A DNA stretch of 64,000 nt from Takakia lepidozioides (lineage: Eukaryota > Plantae > Bryophyta): NCBI GenBank assembly GCA_030704615.1, contig CM060731.1, positions 49,786,001 to 49,850,000 on the forward strand, read 5' to 3'. The notes beneath the pieces are model-generated. The model was not told the DNA's origin and made no database searches. It worked only from the letters and a program-made list of their open reading frames with translations. This document shows positions 26,780-38,237 of the stretch, piece by piece. A program made the translations under genes and the position numbers. Within the stretch, counting starts at the first letter, position 1. Every line of letters starts with the position of its first letter.

Positions 26780-27534
26780 TAACATTTATGGGAACTCGAA
26801 CCTATGACAGGTTTGGCGGGGCATTGAAGCGTTCATCTCGGTTCAACAACTGTCTGGCGAGAAGAATAGGGCTGTCATGTGATGAAGCAGGAGGTGGCAT
26901 GCTCTATGTGATCATGGCTACATGTGAATAGGATGTGATATAGAAAAGATTAGGGATTCTCTCCCTCTCTCTCCCTGGTGTGAAAAGTTGTAGGTACGAG
27001 CTGTGAACAGGGATAGAGAAAAGACATCGAGAAAATGCCCTAAGATTGAAGAACAGAACTGGGAACGGGGGAGAATTGTGCATGGTGTGGAGGCTGGGAG
27101 GACTGGATATATTCCAGTACCATGTGCCATCGTTGTGAATTCATACTGTACCTGTCCAGGGAGTTTTAGATTGTTGGGATTCGAATGGATGTTTGGCGTG
27201 AGGTGCTATCGTGTAATTGTACATGACTGGAATAAAGAAAGGTATTTGTGAGCACTAAGTGTGTGATAGGAATGTGGCAAGAGCCACTGTGGGCTCTACT
27301 TAGCACTGTGTGATAATCTGCCCAGAGTCTATGAGCTTTTGCATTGTTGATTGGGCCAAGAATTAGCTGGAGACAGACGGTGTGCAGAGAAGAGAAAGAA
27401 ATCAATTGTCAGAGCCTTACAGGTCAAAAATAGAATACTCCAGTGAAGAAGAAGAAGAAAAGAAAAATCAAATAGACTTGAACTATGAAGGGCTATTTGA
27501 GCCTGTAGGAACTAAAAGACTGAGGAATGTAAGA
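26780..27534 (+). repeat. 5' LTR of the outer chromovirus
   Basis: Matches 40660-41415 with roughly 20 substitutions counted by eye. Confidence 0.95.
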
Positions 27535-27537
27535 TCT

Positions 27538-27549
27538 TGGTATCTGAGC
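27538..27549 (+). promoter_or_regulatory. Primer-binding site for initiator tRNA-Met
   Basis: TGGTATCTGAGC against the canonical TGGTATCAGAGC, 3 nt after the LTR. Confidence 0.85.
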
Positions 27550-27745
27550 AAATTTCGACCTTCTGAGATTTGTGGTTTATGAGCCAACTGACGTTTGGCT
27601 CTGGAAGCTCGTTGCTTCAGTGGAATATAACCTCCAAGAGTAGGAGTAGCACATCTCCAGAGTCGATGGAGGGAGAGACAAGCCATACACACAGGCTGCG
27701 GTTGAGAAAACACAAGAAAATGTTGTGCCAGAAGAACTTATCACC

Positions 27746-29853
27746 ATGAAAGCGGGAGATCTAGCTCAGGTCATTCGCGAGGCGGTGGCTAGTGGAGTGA
27801 AGGAGGGCATAGCCGCTGTTGGCAAGAGACCTACAACAAATCCAACTCCACCGGCGGTGCCACCCGACTAGCAAGCGGTAGACCAACCAGTAAGTGCTCC
27901 CCGTGATGATCTGCATGCAAGAACTAGGACAAAAATGAAAGAGGCTAGAGGCAGTTCTGCCTCTGGTGCATCTTCACAGGATAGTCGCTCCATGTTGGCA
28001 AGGGATTCCAAAAGAAGAACGGTTGACAAGGAAATTAGGAAGATGACGTATCTTCTTGAATTCTATGGTCGTCCAAATGTGTCTTGCACTGAGGTGTTGT
28101 CTTTTCTGGAGACTCTGAAAGAATTCTTCAGTGAGGACTAGACAGATGCAGATAAGATCCGCACAGCCTCATTACAAATGAGAAGCAAATCTAAAGAATG
28201 GTGGATTAGAATGAAAGAGAAGCCGGGTCTGGAAGGGAGAGAAGATCAAATTACCACATGGGCTAAGTTCAAGCGGCTCTTCAAAGAACAATACATGCCT
28301 GAGGATTATGCGCATTTGATGAAGATGGGCTTGATGGAGCTTACCCAGGGAAGAATGAGTGTGGCAGACTACAAGGTGAAGTTTGACGAACATGCTTCGT
28401 ACTTCTATTCTTTGAAGGAGTCTGACAGGGTGGATTTCTTCCTTACTGGGCTAGATAAAGCAATCAGATTTTTGGTTCAGGCATACGAGCCAAAGATAGA
28501 GGCTGACGCATATAGACTAGCTATCAATTTCGAGAATCAGCACATGGCACATCAAGGTGCAAAGTGCACCTATTGAGAGGAATTTTAAGCGGAGGTCATT
28601 CCCATTCGGTGGTGGTCAGAAAAGAAAGAACTGGAAAAGGTTCAATAAGAAGACAACAAAGACTAAGCCTCCGGGTAATCAGAAGTTTGGAGCCCCAGCG
28701 ACCAAACGCCTATCAGAGAAGGAACAAGAAGAACACCGACGGTTGGATCAGTGTTTTATCTGTCTTGAGAAAGGCCATCGGGCATTCGAGTGTCCCGAAC
28801 GCGTACAACGTGCATCTGCAGCTGTGATTGTGCAAGAGGTTGACGATAAGATGGATGTGGATGCACCTGGGACGAGCAAAGGTAAACAGTTGAGGATCTC
28901 AGCGGCTGTGATGGGTGAGGAGATAGACCATAACCCCACAGTCATACGATTGAATGGTCAGGTGGGAAGAGGGACCATGGCTATTTTGATTGACCCTGGA
29001 AGTAGCCATAACTTCTTGTCTCAAAATTTTGCAAACAAGTGCAAGTTGCAGTTGAAGGAGGTTGGCACCAGTACCATTTTGTTGTCTAATGGAGATGCAG
29101 GATCTACCAACAGCAGGAGCTTTGAGGTCCCTGTCACAATGCAAGGGATCACCATTGAGGTAGATTTTGAGGTCTGGGATGGCGCAAGGTACGACGCCAT
29201 CTTGGGAATGCAGTGGCTGGCAGCTGTGGACGCTCAAGTGACATGCCAAGATTGCTCAGTGGAGGGGGTGTTGCCTGGTGGTAAGCGATTCAAGCTTACA
29301 GGTACAAGAGCCCTACCCAATGTTCCCTTGTTGTCAGCCCTTCAAATGAAGCGATACATACGGAAGACAGCCGATCAACTGTTCTTCGTAAGCATTTATG
29401 AGAATGATGACGAAGGCATTGAAGTGGAGTTGAACAACCTCAACAGAGCAGATAAGGTCCTGTCTGAATTTTCAGATGTGTTTCCCAGTTATCTGCCTAG
29501 ACTACCTCCTGAAATGGATGTAGATCATGCCATTGAGTTGGTTCCTGAAGCGGTTCATGTCTCGAGGATTCCTTATAGGCATTCTTTGGTGGAGAATGAA
29601 GAATTGGAGAGACAGCTGGCTGATTTGCTAGAGAAATGTTATATTAAGCCTAGCAAGTCTCCCTGGGCAGCACCAGTGTTGTTCAAGAAGAAGAAAGATG
29701 GAACTTTAAGGTTGTATGCAGACTACAGATGGCTGAATAAGCTGACTGTAAAGAATAAGTTTCCACTCCCTTGCTGTACTACGACGGGCGTCTATGCATC
29801 CCTTAGATTGCAGACTTTAGACTAAAGATCGTGTACGACTATCATAACATACC
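27746..29853 (+). pseudogene. Outer element gag, protease and RT N-terminus, fused by deletion to the integrase N-terminus
   Basis: Gag (TWAKFKRLFKEQY, LTQGRMSVADY), [18 protein letters not shown] protease, [33 protein letters not shown]. At ~29771 the sequence jumps to [20 protein letters not shown]. Confidence 0.9.
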
Positions 29854-30169
29854 TGTCAAGTTATTTTACCACTAGTGTAAAGTTAGCTAGGAAATAGCTA
29901 GCTTTCATATATTGACATTTGGGATTGACCCAAGTGTCAATCCAGGGGCCAATACATGTTTGGGCACCTGGCATTGTTATTTTCACGGCAGATCGCGGTG
30001 GGTTCATCTTTCTCGAGTTGAGCCTTACCGCGTCTAGTTATGGCGCCGTAGTGTGGATTCCCCATGGCGTGGGGTGCACTTGGCTCGACTTAATATATGA
30101 GTGATGTTTTCAAGTGTGTGAGTTTGAGAGAGCTTGTATGCTTGTATCATTCCTTTCCTTATCACTCGA
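29854..30169 (+). repeat. Split direct repeat A1 of the inner element
   Basis: Near-identical to 38471-38792. Confidence 0.95.
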
Positions 30170-31054
30170 GAAAGATGAGCTCGAGTCTGTGAGTGCCAGG
30201 TTTGAGTTAATTGTAGCACTTGTGTTTTCAGATCATGAGAAGCGGTTCAGCCTAGAGTGCAGGGAGCCGTGCATGAGCCTATCCAAAGCGGATAGAGTAC
30301 AAAGGCGAACAAGTTGCAGGTTTGCCATGGATAGAAAGGTGGGTAGCTTATGTTGAACTCAACGCTATGACAACCAAGTTTGGGCTTCTAGTGTGAAGCG
30401 GAGGAGATGTTGGCCACGAGTGGGCGAACTGGTGGTCGTCTTCTTCAGCTGCATGCCAAGTTAAGAAGCTGCAGAAATGTGGGTTGTGCATGGGAAACTA
30501 GCGTGTTGCAGGTTGGAGATGATATGATCAGCTCCAGGTATTTCTGTCCGAAACTAGTTGTTGCGGATAGATGAAGAGCAGCCGAATGGTGGAGCTGCGA
30601 GGGGATGCATCGCAGCCCGTTGGGAGCTTCAGCTCCAAGCTCATGAAGAGGTATGAGTGAAGCGAGGGGGCTGGTCCCTCTTGTGTGCAAATCAGTGCAC
30701 TTGTGAAACATGTGCTGAGTTGAAGTTTCAATCTGAAACTTAGCAGTGTAAGGGCTTTTGGAGTGGCAAGAGCGGGGCTGGAAGGGCAGCAACAAGGCGC
30801 CCTAGCGCCAGGGGATGTGCAGTAGAACTGCAGGTACACCAAGGTTGTAAAGGTGTGTATTTTCAGATTTGTTTTTGTAAGCTTCATGGAAAAAAGGGAG
30901 CTTGTTGGGCAGCATATGGCTTGCTTGTTGAGCTAGGGGCGCTTCTAGTGGGTCGTGAGAGCTCAGGAGTGCAGGGCGACGGGGCTGATGGCTCCGCAGA
31001 AGCCATAGCTCATCGGCATCAGGTGCAGGAGCAAACCCCAGCTCGGGAAGAGCT

Positions 31055-31430
31055 CATGAACGCGTGGGAACGCCCGGGAACGCATGGGAACTCGTGGGAA
31101 CGCTCGAGAACGCATGAGAACTCGTTGGGAGTTCCAGGGAACGTACGGAATAGTGGTCGTGATGGGCCGTTGGGGCGGTATCACGAGATACCACGAGCCC
31201 AGGTCGTGATGGTTGACCGTGACCGTTGGACGTTGACCATTGACCGTGACCGTTGGAAGTCGTGGTGCGGACACAACGGGTGGGCACGGTGACCAGATCG
31301 TGGGGATGGCGGGCTGTGAAGGCTCGTGGGAGTGGTACCACGGGGTATCACTAGGCAGCCCGTGGCCAACGAGCGCCTAGGGCGGGCCGTGAGGAGTCGT
31401 GGCAGTTGGTGCCACGGAAGGCCGCGAACA
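31055..31430 (+). repeat. CpG-rich short tandem repeats in the inner element leader (CGTGGGAACG / GACCGTGACCGTTG-like units)
   Basis: Directly visible degenerate 10-20 bp units. Confidence 0.7.
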
Positions 31431-32509
31431 GTTAGAGTGAAAAAATAAAAATAATAAATAAATAAATAAAATCTTTTTTCACTCGTTTCGTGGGACCTTG
31501 ATGGGGAGGCTGGGCTCTGAAGAACAACGGTTTTGAGCTAGCTGATCCGGCAGAAAAGTCGGAATTGCCTCCCTGTTGCGTTTTAACAAAGGGGATTACT
31601 TCCCTGCAGGTAATCTTTTCGGGTTTTCAGCCCAATTCTTAACTATGGGGAAGACCAGCCTGCAGGTAATTTCTTTGGACAGAATGTTGTTGGGGCCTAT
31701 ATGTACCTCTATTTGCTCCATTTTTTAACCTTTAGTGAACGACATGGTTTCCTGAGGTGGTTCCATTCTGAGGAATGACTGGTGGACAAGAGGAGGCACT
31801 TGCGGACCCTATGGAGGTTTGCATGGGGTCTTGGAGGCCAAATTTCATGAGCTCGTGGAGGGCGGTTTGAGGAGTGTCTACATGATGCTCTCATGGTCAT
31901 GCAAGTGAGAGAAGAGAGGAAAAATAGGGTGTTGGGACGAGAGCGTGCTGGGGATAGGCATTGCTTTAGCTTCCCTTCCTCGTAGCTTTCCACTTTCTCT
32001 GTAGGCCAAAACCTTTCCGTAGGTGGAGGCAAGAGTCAGTCCAGGTTTTGGGCTGGGTTGCAGGAGCGACACTGTGGAGAGATTTTTGGTGTGGGGGAGT
32101 TGTTGTTTTCATTCTTGTGTTTGGATCCCCTCCACACCTGCATGCTTGATTGTGCGCCATGCTAGTTTTGAATGGGCGCTTGATTTTATAGGTGGTGGAC
32201 TCGGGCTTGATCGTCGATCCCACCCTAGAGCATGCTGTCGATGGTGAGGCTAGGTTGATGACCAGTCAGACCATCTTTGTTTCTCTTGTGGTGAGGTTGG
32301 AGGTGATGACCAGCCAACCATAGGAGTGCCTGCGGTGGATGCAGGTGCAGGTGTAGGCTATGTTAGGAACCTAGTATTCCAGACCATAAGCCGCATCAGT
32401 TTCTCTACCCGGTTACCTTGTGGAGAGGGGGTTAGAGACAGGTTCATAACCGGTTGAGTGCCAGTTTGTCAACACGGAGGTGCCACTAGTTGCTGGGGAA
32501 AGTGCCGGT

Positions 32510-34500
32510 ATGAGCACTAGCAATACTAGCGGGTATACGAGACGAGGTGTGCGGTTTAGGCCACCTTCACCTCCTCTGTCTTCTACGGAAGGTTCTGATT
32601 CGGATTGTGAATTAGGAGGACTCACACCGGCGGTGCAAGTTATTTCCTTGTCATTGTTGTGGGACACAATGGAGGAGATGTATAGAGCCACCAAGAGGCC
32701 ATGAAAGTACTCTGGGGCGGTGGGCACCATCGAGTTGGATGACTTTATCCAAGAGTTTGATAGTTGGTGTGACTTGCAGCAAATGCGCAATCCACAACTG
32801 TTTACGCCTTTTATGGCATGGAAAAGGGCTGTTTCAGCACCTTGAGGGACCGCCCATGGATAATTACCATGAGTTTAGGCGGGGGCACGATGTTGAGATC
32901 GAGGAGTGGAAGATGTACTGGTCACCCGACTATGTCTCCATCACTAGAGGCACTAGAGGCACAAGGGCAGTAGCCACACCGGCAGGTGCACCAGCAGCTA
33001 CAACAGCAGCTTCCACGAGCAGTAGTGGGACTAGTGGTACAGCAACTACGACGTCCACCCAAGCTACTGCTGCACCAGCACCAGTGGCCGTGCCTGCCTT
33101 CAACCTTGTTGTGGAGTTCTTCGAAGAGTTGAGAAGGAACTACCAAGGGGTGAGGACAGAGAAATTGAGGAGCTTGTAAGAGTTCCAGAGGAAACCCACT
33201 GAGAGCTTGAGGGAGGCTTTCACTCGCATGAGACGCTTGATTAATGTAACCCAAGGGGTTACGGAGGCTCAGGCAGTCCAGTTCTGGTACTGGATATTGG
33301 ACAAGGAGCTGATGAGAAGGGTGCGGGATGCAACTCTCCTACAAGCGGCCCAATCCACCTTAGCAAATGTGTTTTTGCTGGCAGAGCGGATAGAGCTCAA
33401 CATGGTGGAGGAACGAGTGGTTATGGTGGGATTTGCTAAGGATGCACCACGGGGTAGTGGTGCTCCTAGCCAGCCACTACCTCAACGTACTCAAAGCAAC
33501 AACGGGGCTTAGGTGAAGCCCGGGGAATGACAGAGAGGACCTCAGATACATGGGTCTTTCCCTTAGCCAACGGGCGGATGTGATGTGCTGGACATGTGGA
33601 GGACCCCATGTCAAGAAGGATTGCCCAGATGGAGGCAATAGTTTGGCACCGGCACAGCCTGCACAGTTGCAGTGTGGGCATTGTGGCAAGTACGGGCATG
33701 GAGAAGCCCAGTGCTATGGTTTGCATCCTGAGTTGCGCCCAGGCCAATTCCAAGGGAACAATGGTGGCCGGGGGCGAGGTGGAGCAGCCCAAAGAGGATG
33801 AGGTGGCCAGGCACGAGGTGTAGGCCAAGGGCAAGCTCAACATGGCCAAGGACGCGGAGGTCAGGATGGTGACCAAGGCATGGCCAACCGGCTTCAGCAG
33901 CTAGAGCAGAGGCTTGCTGCCATGGCCACAGCTCAGGTGGTACCGGCTCCAAGGCCGGATGGAGATAGTGGGAGGTGTAGTGCCGGAGGGGTCCTCGGAT
34001 ATGAGGGTCAAGACTGCCACGGCGGCGCCATGGCAAGCTGCAGCTGCTAGGTTGAGGGAGCTGCCAGCTAGGCCAGCCATTGAGCGCGCCATGGTGACAT
34101 CTGGAGTTGTCATATTAGACAACCAGGATGACATTTTCTGTTTGAGTGGACCGGCAGGCAAGAGGTATCGGCCACTGCGGGTCTTGTTGGACTCGGGAGC
34201 TCAGCCATTGATGCTGGGCAGAGCTGCTATTGCAGGCTTGGGCCTCACAGAGGCGGATATGGAGCTGTGCCCTTTCCAGATACATACATCTATGGGAGGA
34301 TCAGAGTAGGCTCGGGGCATGACACAGCGTGAGTTGGCTATCTGACTACAGCCGGATCATCCTACAGATGGCTCAGTGATGAGAGCCAAGGCCATTGTAA
34401 TAGACGCGGTCTCGTATGATGTCATTGTTGGTAGGGCAGTGTTATACCCTATGGGCTTCACCCTGGATTTTTGGGAGGAGTCAGCTTCCTATAGGCCTAG
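32510..34500 (+). pseudogene. Inner element Gag (two zinc knuckles) and aspartic protease
   Basis: LDDFIQEFDSWCD, FQRKPTESLREAFTRMRRL, CWTCGGPHVKKDC (33586-33624), CGHCGKYGHGEAQC (33673-33714), VLLDSGA (Asp at 34190), YDVIVG. Several stops and frameshifts. Confidence 0.88.
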
Positions 34501-34869
34501 ATGGCAGTCAGGGAGGGCCGGCGTGTGCAGCTCCCTGTGACGTTCATAGGAGGAGTTGCGATTGCCCAGCGAGGCAAGATGTCGACACTGACAGCATTCA
34601 CAGCTGCAGTAAGTTGGCCTGGAGAGTTGCTTGAGGGCAACGCTCATTCACAGGATGTGTCATCTCCGGGAGAGCAGGATGACATGTATGGTATGGCAGA
34701 GTTGCCTACCATGGTTGCTCACACTCCATTGTGGGGCTCGAGCAATGATTTGCAGCGGATTGCTGATTGTCATGTGCAACAAGCCTGGGTAGAGGCTTTT
34801 GTATTGTTAGGAGAGGAGGAGAGTGCGGGTATTGCACCAGGACCACCTCAGTTGTCATCATTGGACACC

Positions 34870-35830
34870 ACACCGATTGTGTGGCAGTGTCCGGATGAAG
34901 GCATTTGTCTTCGGGATCAGCACCGGATTGGCTGCTGTTCTACAGGCAGGTGTACAAGTACGGCGTTACTTGTATGTGGAGAGGGATGAGTCCGCATAAC
35001 GCATCTCACTCCGTCATGTTGCTCAGTTGGTGCAGAAGTACCCTGAGTTGTTGCCGGTGTCTGCAGTTCGTGGATATCAGCAGGCCTTGCCAGCAGACAT
35101 TTCGTTGCTGGGGGCGCAGGATTTGGAGCGGGTTGGCTCCATTGATCTGGTGGTGGCAGGTTGGCCCTGCCAAGGGCATTCATCAGCCGGGCATGGCAAT
35201 GGATTGCGAGACTCGAAGTCGGGTCTGTTTTGAGAGATGGTGCGGGTTTTGCGCCACTTACAGCTTCATCAGGCTGTATCTCCGAATGTGCCATTGATGG
35301 GCGATTCTCGGGCCAGGGTGATGGCCAATGTACATCAAGTCCAGTCGTGGCTTGGGTCAGCATTATTGCTGGATGCAGCTGCAGTGGGGTCACGGGCTCA
35401 TCGTCCACGGTTATGGTGGACTAATTTGATGCCACAAGCACTGCTCAAGCGTGCATTTGATGGGGTGCAGCGGCCAACACACCTCACAGTGGATAGCATT
35501 TTGGACACAGGCAGGCAGTCTCAACGTGTGAGACACGATGACCGTTCGGCAGTGGTCAACAAGGTGGGTCAACCATGAGCAGCACTACCTACACTGCTCA
35601 GCTTCCCAGGATCGCATGCTTTCCGGGATAGTGGACTTGGCCTCCTATGGGATGCTCAGTTGCAGCAATTAGTGGAGCCTAATGCCGACGAGCGAGAGCG
35701 GACTATAGGTTTTTCCACTGGGACCACGGCGGTGTCTTCTCTTTCTGAGGCATCACGTCGTTAGGTATTGGGGCAAGCAATGGATCTAAATTACTTGACC
35801 TGGATTATCAGCTTGGCTATGGCTGAGCAA
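34870..35830 (+). pseudogene. DNA (cytosine-5)-methyltransferase domain, DNMT3-like, within the retroelement polyprotein
   Basis: Motifs in canonical order: I remnant (GISTG), II YVERD, III ADI, IV DLVVAGWPCQGHS, V LRDSKSGLF, VI remnant NV, VIII AHRPRLWWTN, IX ERERTIGF, X RR*VLGQAMD. Confidence 0.9.
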
Positions 35831-36229
35831 CGTAGAGTGCAGAGTGCACTTCCCTTGAAGGTCTCTCTGCCTACCGAGACGGTACAGGCAGTGAATGGGG
35901 GCGAGCCGGTGAGGACCACGGGGTGTAGACATCCATGGCACACGTGGGAGGTGCTCGAGGTTCAGAGGGAGTTGGCAGCCAAGGCGGCTGTGATGGATGA
36001 GGTTGGGGATTCTTCTCGGGTTGAGGAGGTCCTCAAGGATGAGATGATGGGGCAGGATGAGGCCTTGTCATTGACTGAGCAGGCAGGGAGTACTGCTCAT
36101 GAGGTTGCGGCATAGCAACCACGGGACGCGTCTCCTACCTCTAAGTCTGCTGGACTTAAGGTTACAGTTACGGAGGACAATTGGGAGCCTGACATTGGAC
36201 CCATTGTCACTGGAGGAAAGAGATGACGT

Positions 36230-36365
36230 ATATGGCGGTTCCTGAGGCTTACAAGAATTGCTTTGCATCTCGTGCTACGGTGGAGGAGCATGAGAGACAT
36301 GTTCAGGTTGTGCATCGACCGGGTTTGATCAATAGGGATGCGGATGGATTGAGTCGCAATCCATG
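36230..36365 (+). pseudogene. Relics of RT and the RNase H C-terminus (domains almost wholly deleted)
   Basis: YKNCFA, ATVEEHERH, then VVHRPGLINRDADGLSRNP. Confidence 0.7.
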
Positions 36366-36744
36366 CACGAGCCAGCAAGATGACACTGGAGCTCGGTGAC
36401 ATGGTGAGACGGACGAGGAGATGGTGTCGGGATGGCATGAATCTGTCTTTTTGTGTATCTTGGCATCGGGAGGTCAGGTTGGACCTACAACATGGATGAC
36501 TGTACACGGAGTGTCTGAGGACCCTGAGGCTAGTGATGAGCCAGGTGGTGCCAGAGATATACATGAGGATTCGGTTGTGTTGGACTACCTCCGCACTGGA
36601 GACATGGCAGCTAGTGTGACTGCCAAGGAGAGGGATTGGATCCTGCAACGAGCCAAGTGGTTCAAGTGGGAGGGGATACACCTACTTCGAGTATGGGAGG
36701 ATGGTCGGGTGAGGATCGTGCCTCACCCAACACAGCATGCACGG

Positions 36745-37745
36745 TTAGTATGGCATGCCCATGAGGAGTTGAGGCATTTTGGAGTGCGACGCACTCATAG
36801 TTTACTGCAGGGGTAGTATTGGTGGCGTGATATGCACACAGAGGTGCAACAGTTCGTGGCTAGGTGCATGGTGTGTGACAGGGTGCGTGCTTCATTCAAC
36901 ACCCCTACACCACACTTGCATCCATTACCCATCATGAGATTGGGCTACAGGTGAAGTCTTGACTTCGCAAGCGCCACCACAGATATGTGTTGGTGATGGT
37001 GGAGCACTTCTCCAAGTGGATTGAGTTGGTTCCATTGCCTGACAAGGCTAGTGAGGGGGCTGCGTATGCATCCCTGGATCATGTGCTTAGCTGATTTGGT
37101 GCTCCAGCTGAGGTACTCACGGACCAAGGGAGAGAGTTCTCGGGGGGAGTTTCAGGCTTTGTGTGATAAAGCCTTGATACCGTACCACTTCTCGGGATCA
37201 TCCTGAGGCCGATGGCTTGGCAGAGAGAGTGGTGCAGACGGTGAAGAGGGGTTTGCGCAAGTATGGCTTGCAAAAGGGACACCTAGGACATTGGGATCTT
37301 CAGGTACCTTGGTTAGCCATGGGCTACAGGTTTAGCAAACAAGCATCACTTGCCTCATTCTCACCATATTTCCTTCTCTTTGGCCAGAGCCAGATTTATC
37401 TGCGTCTATTCGTAGGGAGGCTGCAGTAGTCCTCAACCTTGATGATCCGGATGTATGGACACAAGCATGTGCCCAGCGGGCAAAGTTGTTCAAGAGAGTC
37501 ATGCCTATGGCTTTTGAGAATCTTGCTATTGCCCAACACCGAGACACATTGAGGTATGTCACTATACGTAGAGGGGGATATCGGCCAGGTGTTCGGCATT
37601 TCCACCCTAGGGACTATGTGTATCTGCAGCAGACAGCGCCTACGACCTTGGATGTCACAACAAGACGTGTGATTCTAAGGGTCAGGGAGGTGTTGCCTTC
37701 AGGAGTGTTGATTCTGGAGGGTCGAGATGGCACGGTATAGAAGGA
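36745..37745 (+). pseudogene. Inner element DDE integrase
   Basis: HHCC (HEELRHFG...CMVC), SLDFA, VEHFSKWIELVPL, FGAPAEVLTDQG, HPEADGLAERVVQTVK, FSPYFLLFG. Confidence 0.92.
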
Positions 37746-37833
37746 CCATGTGCGTAATTGTGCGCCATGTCACCTTCCACATGTGGATGGGAGGATAGAT
37801 CTTACCCTTGCAGTGGTACCTGTAGGGTTGCGT

Positions 37834-37980
37834 TGCATGCTATGTGGGCATGCTCGTGGTGCCGCCACTATGCTAGTGTGTGATCGATGCTCAAGAGGTT
37901 GGCACATGGGATGCTTGACACCACCTCTTGAGAGGGTTCCTGATGGAGATTGGTTATGTCCACACTGCTTGGGATATTGA
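37834..37980 (+). CDS. C4HC3 PHD finger at the integrase C-terminus
   Basis: CMLC-x10-CDRC..GWHMGCLTPPL..VPDGDWLCPHC; all eight zinc ligands and the conserved Trp are intact. Confidence 0.93.
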   Translation, partial: CMLCGHARGAATMLVCDRCSRGWHMGCLTPPLERVPDGDWLCPHCLGY

Positions 37981-38237
37981 CAGTGGATATGACTAGTGGC
38001 AACTAACAAGACATGGGAGGCCAAGCTCACAGGAGGCAATACCTGAGATCTCAGGCTCAAGTTCACAGGTTGCAAGACGACGACTAACGATGGGGCAACT
38101 CTTGTACCCGGCCTCTTGATCTATCGAGTTTGAGTGTAGTATGGACAGTGGTGGAGGACTTAGTGAGGATATGGCCACTATCACATCTTGTGGCTACCTG
38201 GACTTAGAAGGACCGAAGCGCCAGCTAGGGGGGCGAT

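Noticed and set aside
26918-27405. Short ORFs repeated at 40800-41133
   Set aside because: They lie within the LTRs; their duplication reflects LTR identity, not coding function.
29771-29853. Idea that the nested insertion caused the outer RT/RNase H deletion
   Set aside because: These 83 bp are host integrase sequence lying between the deletion point and a clean TSD-flanked insertion.
34870-35830. Bacterial restriction-modification gene or contamination, or a host DRM/DNMT3 gene
   Set aside because: Intronless, colinear with protease and integrase, and enclosed by the element's TSD; no partner endonuclease.
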